Origin: Flavobacteriales bacterium
GTDB taxonomy: Bacteria; Bacteroidota; Bacteroidia; CAIKAF01
Assembly (NCBI GenBank): GCA_025451235.1
Contig: JANWKT010000025.1
Span: 56,201 to 120,200, forward strand
Length of the DNA: 64,000 nt
Direction: 5' to 3'
The notes below the pieces were generated by a model. It made no database searches, had not been told where the DNA came from, and worked only from the letters and a program-made list of their open reading frames with translations. Position 1 is the stretch's first letter; each line of letters starts with the position of its first letter. Below, piece by piece: positions 8,694-18,785 of this stretch. The position numbers and the translations under genes were made by a program.

Positions 8694-10748
8694 ATGAACC
8701 TAAGAAAGATTCTATTAACCTTATCAATTCCTTTTATTTGCGTTCAGGCTTGGACCCAATGTGATACCAAAATAACCGCCAAAGCAGATTTTGCCTATAG
8801 TACCAATAGTTTTGGAGCTGCTATAGAAGAATACGATAAGGCTCTGAGCAAAGCTGGAAGAGACAAGGCGCTTAAAAGCTGCATACAATATCAGATTGCT
8901 CGTTGTCACCTGCATTTAAATGATTATAAAAATGCAAGTAAGGAGTTTAAAAAACTACTTAAAAACCTACCTGAAAACCCTGTATTCCACTATGAATATG
9001 GGAATCTGTTAAAATCAGAAGGTTTATATGAAGAAGCCAAAGAGCAATTCAAAGAATATGTAGCCAAAGCTCCGGATGATGAAAGAGGCCCCATGGCCAT
9101 CAAATCATGCGAAGACGCCATTGCTTTTATTAAAAGCCCTACCTGTCATAAAGTAGAAAATATGAAGGTTTGGAACTCTAAAGAATCAGATTATAGCCCT
9201 ATTATCGCCGACAAAAAAGGTACAGAAGTATACTTTACCTCTAACAGGGCCAAATCAACCGGCAAAGAGAACCAACTTTGGGATCTTCTCAACGAGGATT
9301 TCTGGTCATCCAAAAAAGATAAAAAAGGCACCAAATGGTCAACTCCTGAGCTTCTATTGGGAGGTGAAACCGTGAACTCCACCTTTAGTGAAGGTTCCGG
9401 TGATATGGATAAAAAATTCTCTACCCTTTATTTCTCCCGTTGCTTTGGAGGTAAAGAGGCTAAAAAAGAAGGTGGCAGCGGCTGCCGTATCTACCAGGTA
9501 AAACAAATTGGAAATAAATGGGACGTTCCCGTTCAGATCGCTTTGTTCCCCGATTCTTTTGTATGTGTGCATCCAACCGTAAGTGGTGATGGAAAGTATA
9601 TGATCTTCGCTTCTAATTATCCTGACGGAAGTCAGGGTGGTATGGACCTTTGGATGGCTGCGTATAATAAAAAGGAAAAATCTTTTGCCAATCCTGTAAA
9701 CATGGGTCCTGGCATTAATTCACCAGCCCATGAAATGTTCCCTTATTTAAAAGCAGATGGATCGTTGTATATGTCATCCGATAGGGTATCTGGTTTAGGA
9801 GGGCTTGACCTATATGTGTGTCCTAAAAAAGTAGGTGATAAACCGGCTTTTGAAGCTCCTGAAAATCTTAAATACCCATTGAATTCAGAAGGAGATGATT
9901 TTGGGATCGTATTCGAAATAGGGAAAGAGTCCGGATATCTATCATCGAATAGAAAAGGTGGTCGTGGACATGATGATATTTACCATTTCGAAGCTCCATT
10001 AGCGAAGATCTTACTTACCGGAACTGTTAGAGACATAGATACCAAGGAGGTAATTGCTGGGGCAACAGTTAAATTTGATGATGGGGTGAATAAATTTGAA
10101 GCTACTACAGATGCTACTGGTTTCTATAAAAAAGAAATTCCATTTGGAGTAGGTTATAAAATAGTTGCCAGTAAAAAAGACTATTATGATGGAGAAAACA
10201 AAGCCAGTACGCATGAACTGGATCCATTAAAGGTTTGTAAGGATACCAACTTAGTAGCCGACATTTTCTTAAAAACACAAAAAGTGGATTTGGAGTTTGA
10301 GATCCAATTCGTATTCGACAAATGTTTCCCATTCCAGGAATTTAATGATACCATTGATGTAATGGTTCAGATCCTGAATGAAAATCCTACCATGGTTGCG
10401 GAAATCGGAGGTCATACAGATAGTCGCGGTACACATGAATATAACATGACCCTTTCTCAGTGTCGTGCTCAGGCCATTGTGGATTCCTTAATTGCCCGTG
10501 GTATTCCAAAAGAAAGATTGGTAGCCAAAGGTTATGGAGAAACCGAACCTCGTGTATTGCACAAAGACTTTGTTGGACCGGATTCAAAATTCACATTCCC
10601 AAAAGATACCAAACTAACGGATGATTACATCAATGGGTTTAAGGGTGATGAAAAGAAATTTGAGGATGCGCACCGATTCAATCGCCGGATCCATATGCAT
10701 AAAATAAGCGATGCATATGTTCCGAAGAAGGAAGACGATAACAATTAG
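8694..10748 (+). CDS. OmpA-family outer-membrane protein with N-terminal TPR and PD40/TolB-like beta-propeller repeats
   Basis: ATG at 8694 gives a signal peptide 'MNLRKILLTLSIPFICVQA'; the ORF-track start at 8649 is a GTG. TPR-like N-terminus. The C-terminus has the OmpA signature 'GHTDSRGTHEYNMTLSQCRAQAIVDSLIARGIP..AKGYGETEP'. Confidence 0.8.
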   Translation: MNLRKILLTLSIPFICVQAWTQCDTKITAKADFAYSTNSFGAAIEEYDKALSKAGRDKALKSCIQYQIARCHLHLNDYKNASKEFKKLLKNLPENPVFHYEYGNLLKSEGLYEEAKEQFKEYVAKAPDDERGPMAIKSCEDAIAFIKSPTCHKVENMKVWNSKESDYSPIIADKKGTEVYFTSNRAKSTGKENQLWDLLNEDFWSSKKDKKGTKWSTPELLLGGETVNSTFSEGSGDMDKKFSTLYFSRCFGGKEAKKEGGSGCRIYQVKQIGNKWDVPVQIALFPDSFVCVHPTVSGDGKYMIFASNYPDGSQGGMDLWMAAYNKKEKSFANPVNMGPGINSPAHEMFPYLKADGSLYMSSDRVSGLGGLDLYVCPKKVGDKPAFEAPENLKYPLNSEGDDFGIVFEIGKESGYLSSNRKGGRGHDDIYHFEAPLAKILLTGTVRDIDTKEVIAGATVKFDDGVNKFEATTDATGFYKKEIPFGVGYKIVASKKDYYDGENKASTHELDPLKVCKDTNLVADIFLKTQKVDLEFEIQFVFDKCFPFQEFNDTIDVMVQILNENPTMVAEIGGHTDSRGTHEYNMTLSQCRAQAIVDSLIARGIPKERLVAKGYGETEPRVLHKDFVGPDSKFTFPKDTKLTDDYINGFKGDEKKFEDAHRFNRRIHMHKISDAYVPKKEDDNN

Positions 10749-10766
10749 CGTACATAAATATTTATT

Positions 10767-10810
10767 AAGAGCATGGTGACGATGTAGTCACCATGCTCTT
10801 TTTTATTTTT
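10767..10810 (+). terminator. Rho-independent terminator
   Basis: aagagcatggtgac-gatg-tagtcaccatgctctt forms a 14-bp stem and is followed by ttttttattttt. Confidence 0.8.
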
Positions 10811-10815
10811 GCAGG

Positions 10816-11982
10816 ATGAATGATATTTCAAAATACGAAAAACGGGGGGTGTCGGCAGATAAGGAAGATGTGCACAATGCCATCCAAAACCTTGACAAAG
10901 GATTATTTCCCAATGCCTTTTGCAAAATACTTCCTGATATTGCAGGGAATGACCCAGCATACTGCAACATCATGCATGCCGATACAGCCGGTACCAAAAC
11001 CTCATTGGCCTATATGTACTGGAAAGAGACAGGTGATCTATCCGTATGGCCAGGAATCGTGCAGGATGCTATTGTCATGAACCTGGATGATATGGCATGT
11101 GCAGGGATCGTTGACAATATTATTTTATCATCTACCATTGGCAGAAACAAAAACCTGGTAACGGGCGAAGTGGTAAAAGCCATTATTGAAGGAACTTCGG
11201 CTTTTATACAGAACATGAAAAAGTTTGGAGTTAGCCTAACCCTCGCCGGAGGAGAAACCGCTGATGTTGGAGACATTGTAAAAACAGCGGATGTAGGATT
11301 CACCGCTTTTGCCAGATTTAAGAAGTCGGAGGTGATCGACATCAACATAAAACCGGGGAATGTAATTGTGGGTTTTGCTTCTTATGGAAAATCCACTTAT
11401 GAAAATGAGTACAATGGAGGAATGGGGTCCAACGGCCTTACGTCGGCGCGGCATGATGTGTTCACGCATGAGTATGCCAAGAAATATCCTGAAACCTACG
11501 ACCATCTTGTTCCTGCTGAGCTTGTATATACGGGCAAATTAAAATTGACCGACATTGAAAAGGAAACAGGAATGACTGCCGGGAAACTGGTACTCTCCCC
11601 TACCCGTACTTTTCTCCCGGTTTTAAAACCGGTGATTGAACAATACAAAGCTCAGATCGATGGAATGATTCATTGTACCGGAGGTGCGCAAACCAAAGTA
11701 ATGAAGTTTGTAAAAAACGTGCATATCATAAAAGACAATTTATTTCCGGTTCCACCTTTGTTCAGAATGATACGGGAACAATCGGGGACCGAACCTAAGG
11801 AAATGTATAAGGTATTCAATATGGGTACCAGACTGGAGATATATACAGATGCAATAACGGCAGAAGGAATCATATCAATTGCAAAAACATTCAATATAGA
11901 GGCACAGATCATTGGAAGAGTGGAGGCTGCTGAAAAGAACAAGCTAACGGTAGACTCTGAATTAGGTAAGTTCGAGTACTAA
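10816..11982 (+). CDS. purM: Phosphoribosylformylglycinamidine cyclo-ligase (AIR synthase, PurM-like)
   Basis: 388 aa. '[17 protein letters not shown]', '[13 protein letters not shown]' and '[11 protein letters not shown]' align with the PurM 'YKDAGVDIDAGN', 'GTDGVGTKL' and 'GGETAEMPG' blocks. Confidence 0.7.
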   Translation: MNDISKYEKRGVSADKEDVHNAIQNLDKGLFPNAFCKILPDIAGNDPAYCNIMHADTAGTKTSLAYMYWKETGDLSVWPGIVQDAIVMNLDDMACAGIVDNIILSSTIGRNKNLVTGEVVKAIIEGTSAFIQNMKKFGVSLTLAGGETADVGDIVKTADVGFTAFARFKKSEVIDINIKPGNVIVGFASYGKSTYENEYNGGMGSNGLTSARHDVFTHEYAKKYPETYDHLVPAELVYTGKLKLTDIEKETGMTAGKLVLSPTRTFLPVLKPVIEQYKAQIDGMIHCTGGAQTKVMKFVKNVHIIKDNLFPVPPLFRMIREQSGTEPKEMYKVFNMGTRLEIYTDAITAEGIISIAKTFNIEAQIIGRVEAAEKNKLTVDSELGKFEY

Positions 11983-11994
11983 AATAAATAACGT

Positions 11995-12028
11995 AATGTT
12001 CGGACGCAATATATTGCGTCCGAACATT
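11995..12028. other. Perfect 34-bp palindrome between purM and prfA
   Basis: aatgttcggacgcaatat|attgcgtccgaacatt, with no T-run after it. Confidence 0.5.
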
Positions 12029-12043
12029 GCCGGGAACAAGATT

Positions 12044-13117
12044 ATGATTGATAAATTAGAACTAATAAAAAAACGCTGGGAGGATGTAGCAGAGTTGATC
12101 ACCGATCCATCAGTGATTTCAGACCAGAAGCGTTATATAAAACTGAATAGAGAATACAAGGAACTCACTCCAATTGTAGATGCCTATCTCGAGTACAGAC
12201 TTACCTTATCCAACCTTGATTCTGCGAAAAAAGTGCTGGAAACCGAGAAGGACAAAGAATTTTTGGACATGGCCAAGTCAGAGATCAGCGAATTACAAGG
12301 TAAAAAAGAAATACTGGAGGACCAGATCAAATATCTTCTCATTCCTAAAGATCCTGAAGATAATAAGAATGCCATTATGGAGATCCGAGCAGGCACAGGT
12401 GGGGACGAAGCAAGTATTTTTGCCGGAGACCTTTACCGAATGTATACACGCTTTTGTGAGAATAAAGGATGGAAAGTAATCACGACCGATTATACGGATG
12501 GAACCGCAGGCGGGTACAAAGAGGTAGTATTGGAAGTGGAAGGAGAAAATGTATATGGAATTTTAAAATACGAATCAGGAGTACATAGGGTGCAACGTGT
12601 CCCTGAAACTGAAACCCAGGGCAGGGTGCATACTTCAGCGGCAACGGTAGCTGTATTGCCCGAAGCGGAGGAATTTGATGTAGAGATCAATCCGGGTGAT
12701 ATCGAGTTCCATGCATCCCGTTCGGGAGGGGCCGGTGGACAAAACGTAAATAAAGTAGAAACCAAGGTGCAGCTTACCCATAAACCTACCGGGATCGTGG
12801 TGGTCTGCCAGGTGGAAAGATCACAGCTAGCCAACAGGGAAAGAGCTATGCAAATGCTCAGAAGCAAATTATATGACCTGGAATTGGCTAAGAGGGTGGG
12901 TGATCTTTCGGCCAAAAGAAAAACGTTGGTATCAACAGGCGATCGAAGTGCCAAGATCCGCACCTATAATTATCCTCAGAGCAGAGTAACCGATCATAGG
13001 ATTGGATTATCTTTATATAACCTACCCAATTTTATGAATGGAGATATTGGAGAAATGATTGAAGCATTGCAGGTAGCCGAAAATGCAGAAAAATTAAAAG
13101 AAGGAGCAGAAGCATAA
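12044..13117 (+). CDS. prfA: Peptide chain release factor 1
   Basis: GGQ motif '[14 protein letters not shown]' and the RF1-type tripeptide region '[23 protein letters not shown]'. An ATG at 12044 ([15 protein letters not shown]) is the preferred start over the ORF-track start inside the palindrome. Confidence 0.9.
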   Translation: MIDKLELIKKRWEDVAELITDPSVISDQKRYIKLNREYKELTPIVDAYLEYRLTLSNLDSAKKVLETEKDKEFLDMAKSEISELQGKKEILEDQIKYLLIPKDPEDNKNAIMEIRAGTGGDEASIFAGDLYRMYTRFCENKGWKVITTDYTDGTAGGYKEVVLEVEGENVYGILKYESGVHRVQRVPETETQGRVHTSAATVAVLPEAEEFDVEINPGDIEFHASRSGGAGGQNVNKVETKVQLTHKPTGIVVVCQVERSQLANRERAMQMLRSKLYDLELAKRVGDLSAKRKTLVSTGDRSAKIRTYNYPQSRVTDHRIGLSLYNLPNFMNGDIGEMIEALQVAENAEKLKEGAEA

Positions 13118-13135
13118 TAGAAGTAAGACCAGATC

Positions 13136-13942
13136 ATGACAAGAAAAGAACTGATAGAAATCATCCGTCAACGTGAATCCTTTTTATGTGTTGGATTGGA
13201 TACGGATATTGAAAAAATCCCTGCCCATTTGCATACCTATGATGATCCTGTCTTCGAATTCAATCGAAGAATCATTGATGTTACCAAAGAATTTTGTGCA
13301 GCCTATAAATTAAATACAGCTTTTTTCGAATCCATGGGTGCAAAAGGCTGGGAAACCATGAAAAAAACTTTTGCTTATATCGGTGCTTCGCATTTTACCA
13401 TTGCCGATGCTAAACGTGGGGATATAGGTAATACATGTGATATGTATGCCAAGGCTTTTTTTAAAGAAATGAACGTAGATTCCATTACCCTGGCTCCCTA
13501 TATGGGCCGGGATTCCGTAGATCCATTCTTAAAGAATAAAAATAAATGGTCAATTATTTTAGGACTGACCTCCAATCCAAGTGCTGCTGATTTTCAATTT
13601 CAACAAAATGCAAATGGTGCAGAACTATATAAAACCGTTATTCAAACCGCTGCATCATGGGGAAATGAAGAAAACACCATGTTTGTAGTAGGCGCTACCC
13701 AGGCAGAAATGCTAAAGGAGATCAGAAGCATTGTTCCCAACCATTTTTTATTGGTCCCAGGAGTAGGTGCCCAAGGAGGTTCGTTAGAAGAGGTAGTTAA
13801 GTACGGAAAGAATAAGGATATCGGTTTGTTGGTGAATTCATCACGCGGTATCATTTACGCATCCAATGGTGAGGATTTTGAAGAAAAAGCTCGTTCAGAA
13901 GCAAAAAAAATGGCCATCGAAATGGCCAGGTTCATAGATTGA
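13136..13942 (+). CDS. pyrF: Orotidine-5'-phosphate decarboxylase (long, type 2)
   Basis: 268 aa with 'FLCVGLDTD', 'ADAKRGDIGNT' and 'LVPGVGAQGG' OMPdecase motifs. Confidence 0.85.
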   Translation: MTRKELIEIIRQRESFLCVGLDTDIEKIPAHLHTYDDPVFEFNRRIIDVTKEFCAAYKLNTAFFESMGAKGWETMKKTFAYIGASHFTIADAKRGDIGNTCDMYAKAFFKEMNVDSITLAPYMGRDSVDPFLKNKNKWSIILGLTSNPSAADFQFQQNANGAELYKTVIQTAASWGNEENTMFVVGATQAEMLKEIRSIVPNHFLLVPGVGAQGGSLEEVVKYGKNKDIGLLVNSSRGIIYASNGEDFEEKARSEAKKMAIEMARFID

Positions 13943-13969
13943 TTTTTGATTGGTAGAGCTCTGGGTTAC

Positions 13970-14200
13970 CTAAAAGCTTGTAAATACTTTATACAAAGCG
14001 AAGGCACCAATGGCAATCACACATAAAATAACCATAGCTTCAACCATTCTTCCTACTTGCTTGGTTTTTTTATCTGCAATATGCATAGATAGTTCTTCCT
14101 GCTCCAGGTCCTGGTAAGCAGGGTTGGAATACATATTGTCTTCTCCGGCTTTCCCTGAAGACAATATTTCAGGTTTCCAATTGTTAGACATAGCATTCAT
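13970..14200 (-). CDS. Small hypothetical protein with C-terminal TM anchor
   Basis: 76 aa ORF with a C-terminal hydrophobic helix 'MVEAMVILCVIAIGAFALYKVF'. No homology recognised. Confidence 0.35.
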   Translation of the reverse strand: MNAMSNNWKPEILSSGKAGEDNMYSNPAYQDLEQEELSMHIADKKTKQVGRMVEAMVILCVIAIGAFALYKVFTSF

Positions 14201-14731
14201 ATACTAGTTAATTTGGGGGATTGTTGCAGCTAATATAGAGATTAAACCACCTGCGGTCAATGGTTATTTGTCATTAAATTGTTATAATGAGCATACCTAA
14301 CTTCTAAATGATTATTCCCCAGATTTCCTTTAGTATCCGACCTAAAAAATCTAATTAGTTATTTCTAAAAAAATACACATAAAACTATATTTATCAATGA
14401 CTTAAGTATCTAATTCAGTTTAGATTATTAATAATTCCTTAATGCCTCCTCCATCTAAACCTCACCTAAAATTTCACAAAAATGGGGAAAATGTCAAAAA
14501 CTTTTAGGCCCTCGGGTAACGCATTTAAAAAAAGAAAATAATCAATAATGGTTCCGTCACCCTGAACTTGTTTCAGGATGACGGTCACTCGTATTTTCTT
14601 TTTTAAAATGCTTTACCACCCCGGTGTTAAGGACTTTCCTCCTCAGGTGGATCGGCCCTCCTTATAGTCGGGCTTACCCTTCGTAGAGGTGGCGCGGTTC
14701 CATTTTTTCATTTATCTTTATTGCAAATAAC

Positions 14732-15196
14732 ATGTCCACCTGGGTTACCATACAAACTTTCACTTTTCCTTCGGAAGCATATACAGCCAAAGCAAAGCTG
14801 GAATCATGCGGGATTGATGCCTTTTTAAAAGATGAGATGACGACCCAGGTAATTAATATTTATTCCAATGCTATTGGAGGTGTTAAACTGCAGGTTGAAC
14901 AAGTGTTTGTAGAAGAGGCACGAAAAATTCTGATAGAAGGAGGATTTATGGAAGGAAAGGAAACCCCAACCACAAAACGTACTATTGAAGTGTTGGATAT
15001 AGAAGCATATCCTGATAAGACCAAATGTCCTTTCTGTCAGTCAGATAATATTGATACCATTGTTCATCCCAATATTTTGGTCATTCTTTTTTATTTTATC
15101 CTGGGAGTAATTTTCCCTATATTTAAATCATGGAACCGATGTTATGATTGTTATAGAGAATGGAAGTATAAAAAACTAAAAAAGAAAATCTCATGA
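14732..15196 (+). CDS. Hypothetical protein (DUF2007-like N-domain, Cys pairs flanking a TM helix)
   Basis: 154 aa with 'CPFCQS' and 'CYDCY' Cys pairs flanking a hydrophobic helix. Confidence 0.55.
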   Translation: MSTWVTIQTFTFPSEAYTAKAKLESCGIDAFLKDEMTTQVINIYSNAIGGVKLQVEQVFVEEARKILIEGGFMEGKETPTTKRTIEVLDIEAYPDKTKCPFCQSDNIDTIVHPNILVILFYFILGVIFPIFKSWNRCYDCYREWKYKKLKKKIS

Positions 15197-15399
15197 AAGA
15201 ATATAAGCAAGGGAAACTGGTGATCACCTGGGAAAATCAAAAATGCACCCATTCCGGCAATTGTGTAAGAGGACTTGCATCTGTTTTTAAGCCAAAAGAA
15301 CAGCCATGGATAAAAACGGGGGTCGCCTCTGAAGAAGAGATCATTCGGCAAATAGAACAATGTCCATCGAAAGCATTGGGGTATAGAATGGAAGAATGA
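15193..15399 (+). CDS. Small divergent 4Fe-4S mono-cluster protein
   Basis: 68 aa with 'CTHSGNCVRG ... CPSKAL'. The start overlaps the upstream stop (ATGA). Confidence 0.65.
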   Translation: MKEYKQGKLVITWENQKCTHSGNCVRGLASVFKPKEQPWIKTGVASEEEIIRQIEQCPSKALGYRMEE

Positions 15400-15409
15400 T
15401 ACGATGAAC

Positions 15410-16018
15410 TTATTTATAGCCTAGCTCTACCAACGCCTTTTCAGTAAAATAAGGATACATCAGGCTAAATATAGTATCCGTATAATGATCAACAATCTCT
15501 TTTTTAGGTCCTTTATAAAACAGCTGTGAACCATTGATCCAAAAATGGCTTAAGAGAACAATATTTTCAATCAACTTCCCATAATGTCCAGGATATGGTT
15601 CAGGTTTCAAATAATGAAGTTGAACGTAGCCATTGATCATCTCATGCACCAGCATTAACCGTTCGGTAGTTATCCTATTAAATTTCCTATTTGTATTAGG
15701 GTATGCATTTAAAATGGCATTTAGATCCTGCAACAAAAACCTATATGCATAAAAGTTCTTCATTAAATGCGCCAGTAATGTTCGCATGAATTCGATGGTA
15801 AGTCCGTTGTTCACACCAGCAGCCAGTTCATTTCCTATCTCATCAGATAACTGGTCGAAAAGTGCCTCTACCAGTTCATCCTTGGTTCTAAAATGATAGC
15901 GAAGGTTGCCATCACTCATATGCAGCTCTGTAGCAATATCCCGGATCGTAACATCAGTAAGTCCCTTTTTATTAAATAGTTGCAATGAGGTTTGCAGTAT
16001 TTTCTCCTTTGTGTTCAT
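15410..16018 (-). CDS. TetR/AcrR-family transcriptional regulator
   Basis: N-terminal HTH 'KEKILQTSLQLFNKKGLTDVTIRDIATELHMSDGNLRYHFRTKDEL'; about 202 aa. Confidence 0.85.
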   Translation of the reverse strand: MNTKEKILQTSLQLFNKKGLTDVTIRDIATELHMSDGNLRYHFRTKDELVEALFDQLSDEIGNELAAGVNNGLTIEFMRTLLAHLMKNFYAYRFLLQDLNAILNAYPNTNRKFNRITTERLMLVHEMINGYVQLHYLKPEPYPGHYGKLIENIVLLSHFWINGSQLFYKGPKKEIVDHYTDTIFSLMYPYFTEKALVELGYK

Positions 16019-16026
16019 CAAAATAT

Positions 16027-16044
16027 TTAGCTCATTTGAGCTAA
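16027..16044. promoter_or_regulatory. Candidate TetR operator (perfect inverted repeat ttagctca-tt-tgagctaa)
   Basis: 18-bp palindrome 9 bp upstream of the tetR start codon. It overlaps the -33 TTTG of the divergent promoter. Confidence 0.55.
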
Positions 16045-16067
16045 TTTATAAAAAATATTTATATTTG
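16035..16067 (+). promoter_or_regulatory. Bacteroidota-type promoter (-33 TTTG, -7 TATATTTG) for the 16086 operon
   Basis: TTTG at 16035-16038 and TAnnTTTG at 16060-16067, about 19 bp before the ATG. Confidence 0.45.
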
Positions 16068-16085
16068 CAATCAAATACGTTCATT

Positions 16086-16298
16086 ATGGAAGAGCAAAAT
16101 AGTGAAAATGGCAAGGTTTGGGCCTCTATCAAAGAGGAGTTCATGAAAAAAAAAGTGGCCGATATAGGTATATTTACCGTTAAGCCAAAGGATTTCTGGT
16201 TGGTAAAAGGGTTTAAATACGCAGTTAACTACACCATGTTTGGGTTCGTGATGTTCATGACCTTTGTTGTTTTATTTATTTCATTGGTTGCATTCTAA
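16086..16298 (+). CDS. Small membrane protein (70 aa)
   Basis: ATG at 16086 gives MEEQNSENGKVW... with a C-terminal TM 'MFGFVMFMTFVVLFISLVAF'. Divergent from tetR. Confidence 0.5.
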   Translation: MEEQNSENGKVWASIKEEFMKKKVADIGIFTVKPKDFWLVKGFKYAVNYTMFGFVMFMTFVVLFISLVAF

Positions 16299-16300
16299 AT

Positions 16301-16687
16301 ATGCCGAAAAGAAGAAACATAATTATTCTGATCCTGCTTATGCTGGTATTTATCGTCAATCAAATCATAGAGCGAATGGGTGTTTCCATCCTCTTTTTGT
16401 ATTCCTATCTGGATGATTTATTGGCAGTACCCATAACATTAGGCATCTATCACATATTCATCAGTCATATTCGTAATAACAGCAACTATTTCTTGTCACC
16501 TTCCATCATTATAATATGTGTAATAGGTTTTATTTTTCATTTCGAAATATTGATGCCTTCTCTTTCCAATAAGTACATCGCTGATATATGGGATCCGGTG
16601 ATGTATATATTGGGAGGTGTTTTTTATGCGCTTATACTCAATCAAAACCTTCTGTTCAAACTTCGCTTCAGGTTAGAAAAAGGCTGA
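16301..16687 (+). CDS. Hypothetical 4-TM membrane protein
   Basis: 128 aa, hydrophobic throughout. Starts 3 bp after the preceding gene. Confidence 0.55.
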   Translation: MPKRRNIIILILLMLVFIVNQIIERMGVSILFLYSYLDDLLAVPITLGIYHIFISHIRNNSNYFLSPSIIIICVIGFIFHFEILMPSLSNKYIADIWDPVMYILGGVFYALILNQNLLFKLRFRLEKG

Positions 16688-16796
16688 TCCCACAATGGCT
16701 TGTTCGAACCTGCATATTCCATTTTCTTAAGATGTGAAGCAGGATTTACTGGATGAATCCTAAAATAAACTAGATTTGGGGTGACAAACCAATTGG

Positions 16797-18785
16797 ATGA
16801 AGGTATTATTTTCATGTATTATATCCATTGTTATCTGCAACCATTGTTTTGCGGATATTCCGGATTGGCAAAAAGTTTTACATAAAAAAAAGGCTGATTC
16901 ATTACAAATAGTACTTGAACATACCAACGAGAGTATTGCCCGTATTGATCTTCTAACTGAAATTTCCAAATGGCTCATCATTATATCCACAACAGAGTCG
17001 TACAAGTATGCTGCCCAGGCCAACTCCCTTGCAAACAAGATCAACTATGATAAAGGATTATGTGAATCATTCACCTGGATTGCAATCATTGCTGAAAAAG
17101 AAAACCGGCATAAGATCTCCGTTTATTATTGGGAGCAGGCCATGCTCGTGGCTGAAAGGATGGGTGATCGAAAAACCCTTGTTAGACTGCATGTTTCTGT
17201 CTTGAACAGTTGCTTTTTCCTTGGTGACTATATTAAGATCATGGACATTTGCATGAAAGGTATCCCACTTGCAAAAGAAACAAATGACTTGGATGCCGAG
17301 GTACATTTTCTGAATTCATTGGGTGCTGTTTTTATCAAGCAGCGTGAATTTGAAAAAGCAAGGAAATGTTATTTTAAATCGTTAGAACTGGCAAAAGAGA
17401 TCGGAGATACATCCTTGATGGGCAAATCATATAATAATTTGGGGAAAGCTTATAGTCTTCAAGGTAAACAGTTGGCTGCCATTGAAAATTACACTAAATC
17501 CATTAACCTCCTGGAAAATACAAGTTGCATAGGTGATTACGCCAGTGCATTGAACGGCCTGGCCAAAGCATATCTATTGGATAACAATTATTCCATGGCA
17601 TTGAAGTATGCATTGGCTTGTGAAGATTTTGTAAAAGTCAGGGGAGGGCAAAATCCATTTGATCTGGCCGATTATCATTTAACATTAGGAGAAATTTATA
17701 CCGAATTACGAATGTATGCTTTAGCTACCGATTATCTTGAAAAAGGATTAAACATAGCTATCTCTATCAACCATAAGGAACATTCGAAAAGAGGATTTGA
17801 AATACTCTCAAGGGTATATGCTGCAAGAGGAAAATATAAAAAGGCATTTGAATACCATCAAATGTTCTCCATACTTAAAGATTCATTGGTAAACCTGGAA
17901 GCCACAGAAAGGCTCGCCACCCTGGAAGCAAAGTCGGAAATAGACAAGAAAGATTACGAAATTGGGATTTTAAATAAAGAAAATGAGGTCAATAATTCCA
18001 AACATAGCCGAATGAATTTTATCAGGAATATGGGTGTGGGTATTTTTATATTGACCGTTTCTGTTCTTTTTCTGTTATATAACCGGTCACAGTTAAAACA
18101 GAAGAATAAACTGCTGGGAGAGATTAGCAAGCAACAAAATGATATGTTCAACAAAGTGATCAGCTTACAGGATAAAGAAAGGAAAAGGATCGCCGAAGAT
18201 CTTCATGATGGGCTCGGATCAACCCTGTCTACTATTAAGTTAAACCTGGAACGTTTAAGTGATGAAGAGCTTAACTTCAACGAAGCACAAATCGAACAAT
18301 ATGCTACTGCTCTGTCTCTTTCCAACGAAGCCTTATCGGACCTACGGAACATTGCTCATAACCTAATGCCTCCTACTCTTTCAAAACTTGGATTAGTAGC
18401 TGCTCTACAAAATCTTTTCGACCGTATTTCCCAATATTCCGGGATCAACATCCACTTTTCTACCCATGATTTTGAAACAAGACTGGAAAGTAATATGGAG
18501 ATGAGTATATTTAGGATCATGCTCGAAATTATGAACAATATTGTAACACATGCGAAGGCCACAGAAATAGTAGTTCAGTTTGTGAAATTTGAGCATAACA
18601 TGAACATTACGGTCGAAGATAACGGGATAGGATTTAATCCTGAGAAAGTACGTTCTACAAAAGGGATCGGACTGAAGAACATCGCTTCACGAATAGAATT
18701 TATGAAGGGGACTTATACAATAGATACTTCAGAAGGTCATGGGACTACCTATGTGATCGATATTCCAATAATCCAGAAATCATGA
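16797..18785 (+). CDS. Sensor histidine kinase (TPR-repeat sensor domain, single TM, HisKA_3 + HATPase_c; NarL/LuxR-partner type)
   Basis: 662 aa with an N-terminal signal, TPR-like repeats, a TM segment 'GVGIFILTVSVLFLLY', the H-box 'EDLHDGLGSTLSTIK' and a C-terminal ATPase block. Confidence 0.85.
   Translation: MKVLFSCIISIVICNHCFADIPDWQKVLHKKKADSLQIVLEHTNESIARIDLLTEISKWLIIISTTESYKYAAQANSLANKINYDKGLCESFTWIAIIAEKENRHKISVYYWEQAMLVAERMGDRKTLVRLHVSVLNSCFFLGDYIKIMDICMKGIPLAKETNDLDAEVHFLNSLGAVFIKQREFEKARKCYFKSLELAKEIGDTSLMGKSYNNLGKAYSLQGKQLAAIENYTKSINLLENTSCIGDYASALNGLAKAYLLDNNYSMALKYALACEDFVKVRGGQNPFDLADYHLTLGEIYTELRMYALATDYLEKGLNIAISINHKEHSKRGFEILSRVYAARGKYKKAFEYHQMFSILKDSLVNLEATERLATLEAKSEIDKKDYEIGILNKENEVNNSKHSRMNFIRNMGVGIFILTVSVLFLLYNRSQLKQKNKLLGEISKQQNDMFNKVISLQDKERKRIAEDLHDGLGSTLSTIKLNLERLSDEELNFNEAQIEQYATALSLSNEALSDLRNIAHNLMPPTLSKLGLVAALQNLFDRISQYSGINIHFSTHDFETRLESNMEMSIFRIMLEIMNNIVTHAKATEIVVQFVKFEHNMNITVEDNGIGFNPEKVRSTKGIGLKNIASRIEFMKGTYTIDTSEGHGTTYVIDIPIIQKS

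Noticed and set aside
12490-12963. 157-aa minus-strand ORF
   Set aside because: Lies entirely inside prfA (RF1, unmistakable motifs) on the opposite strand.
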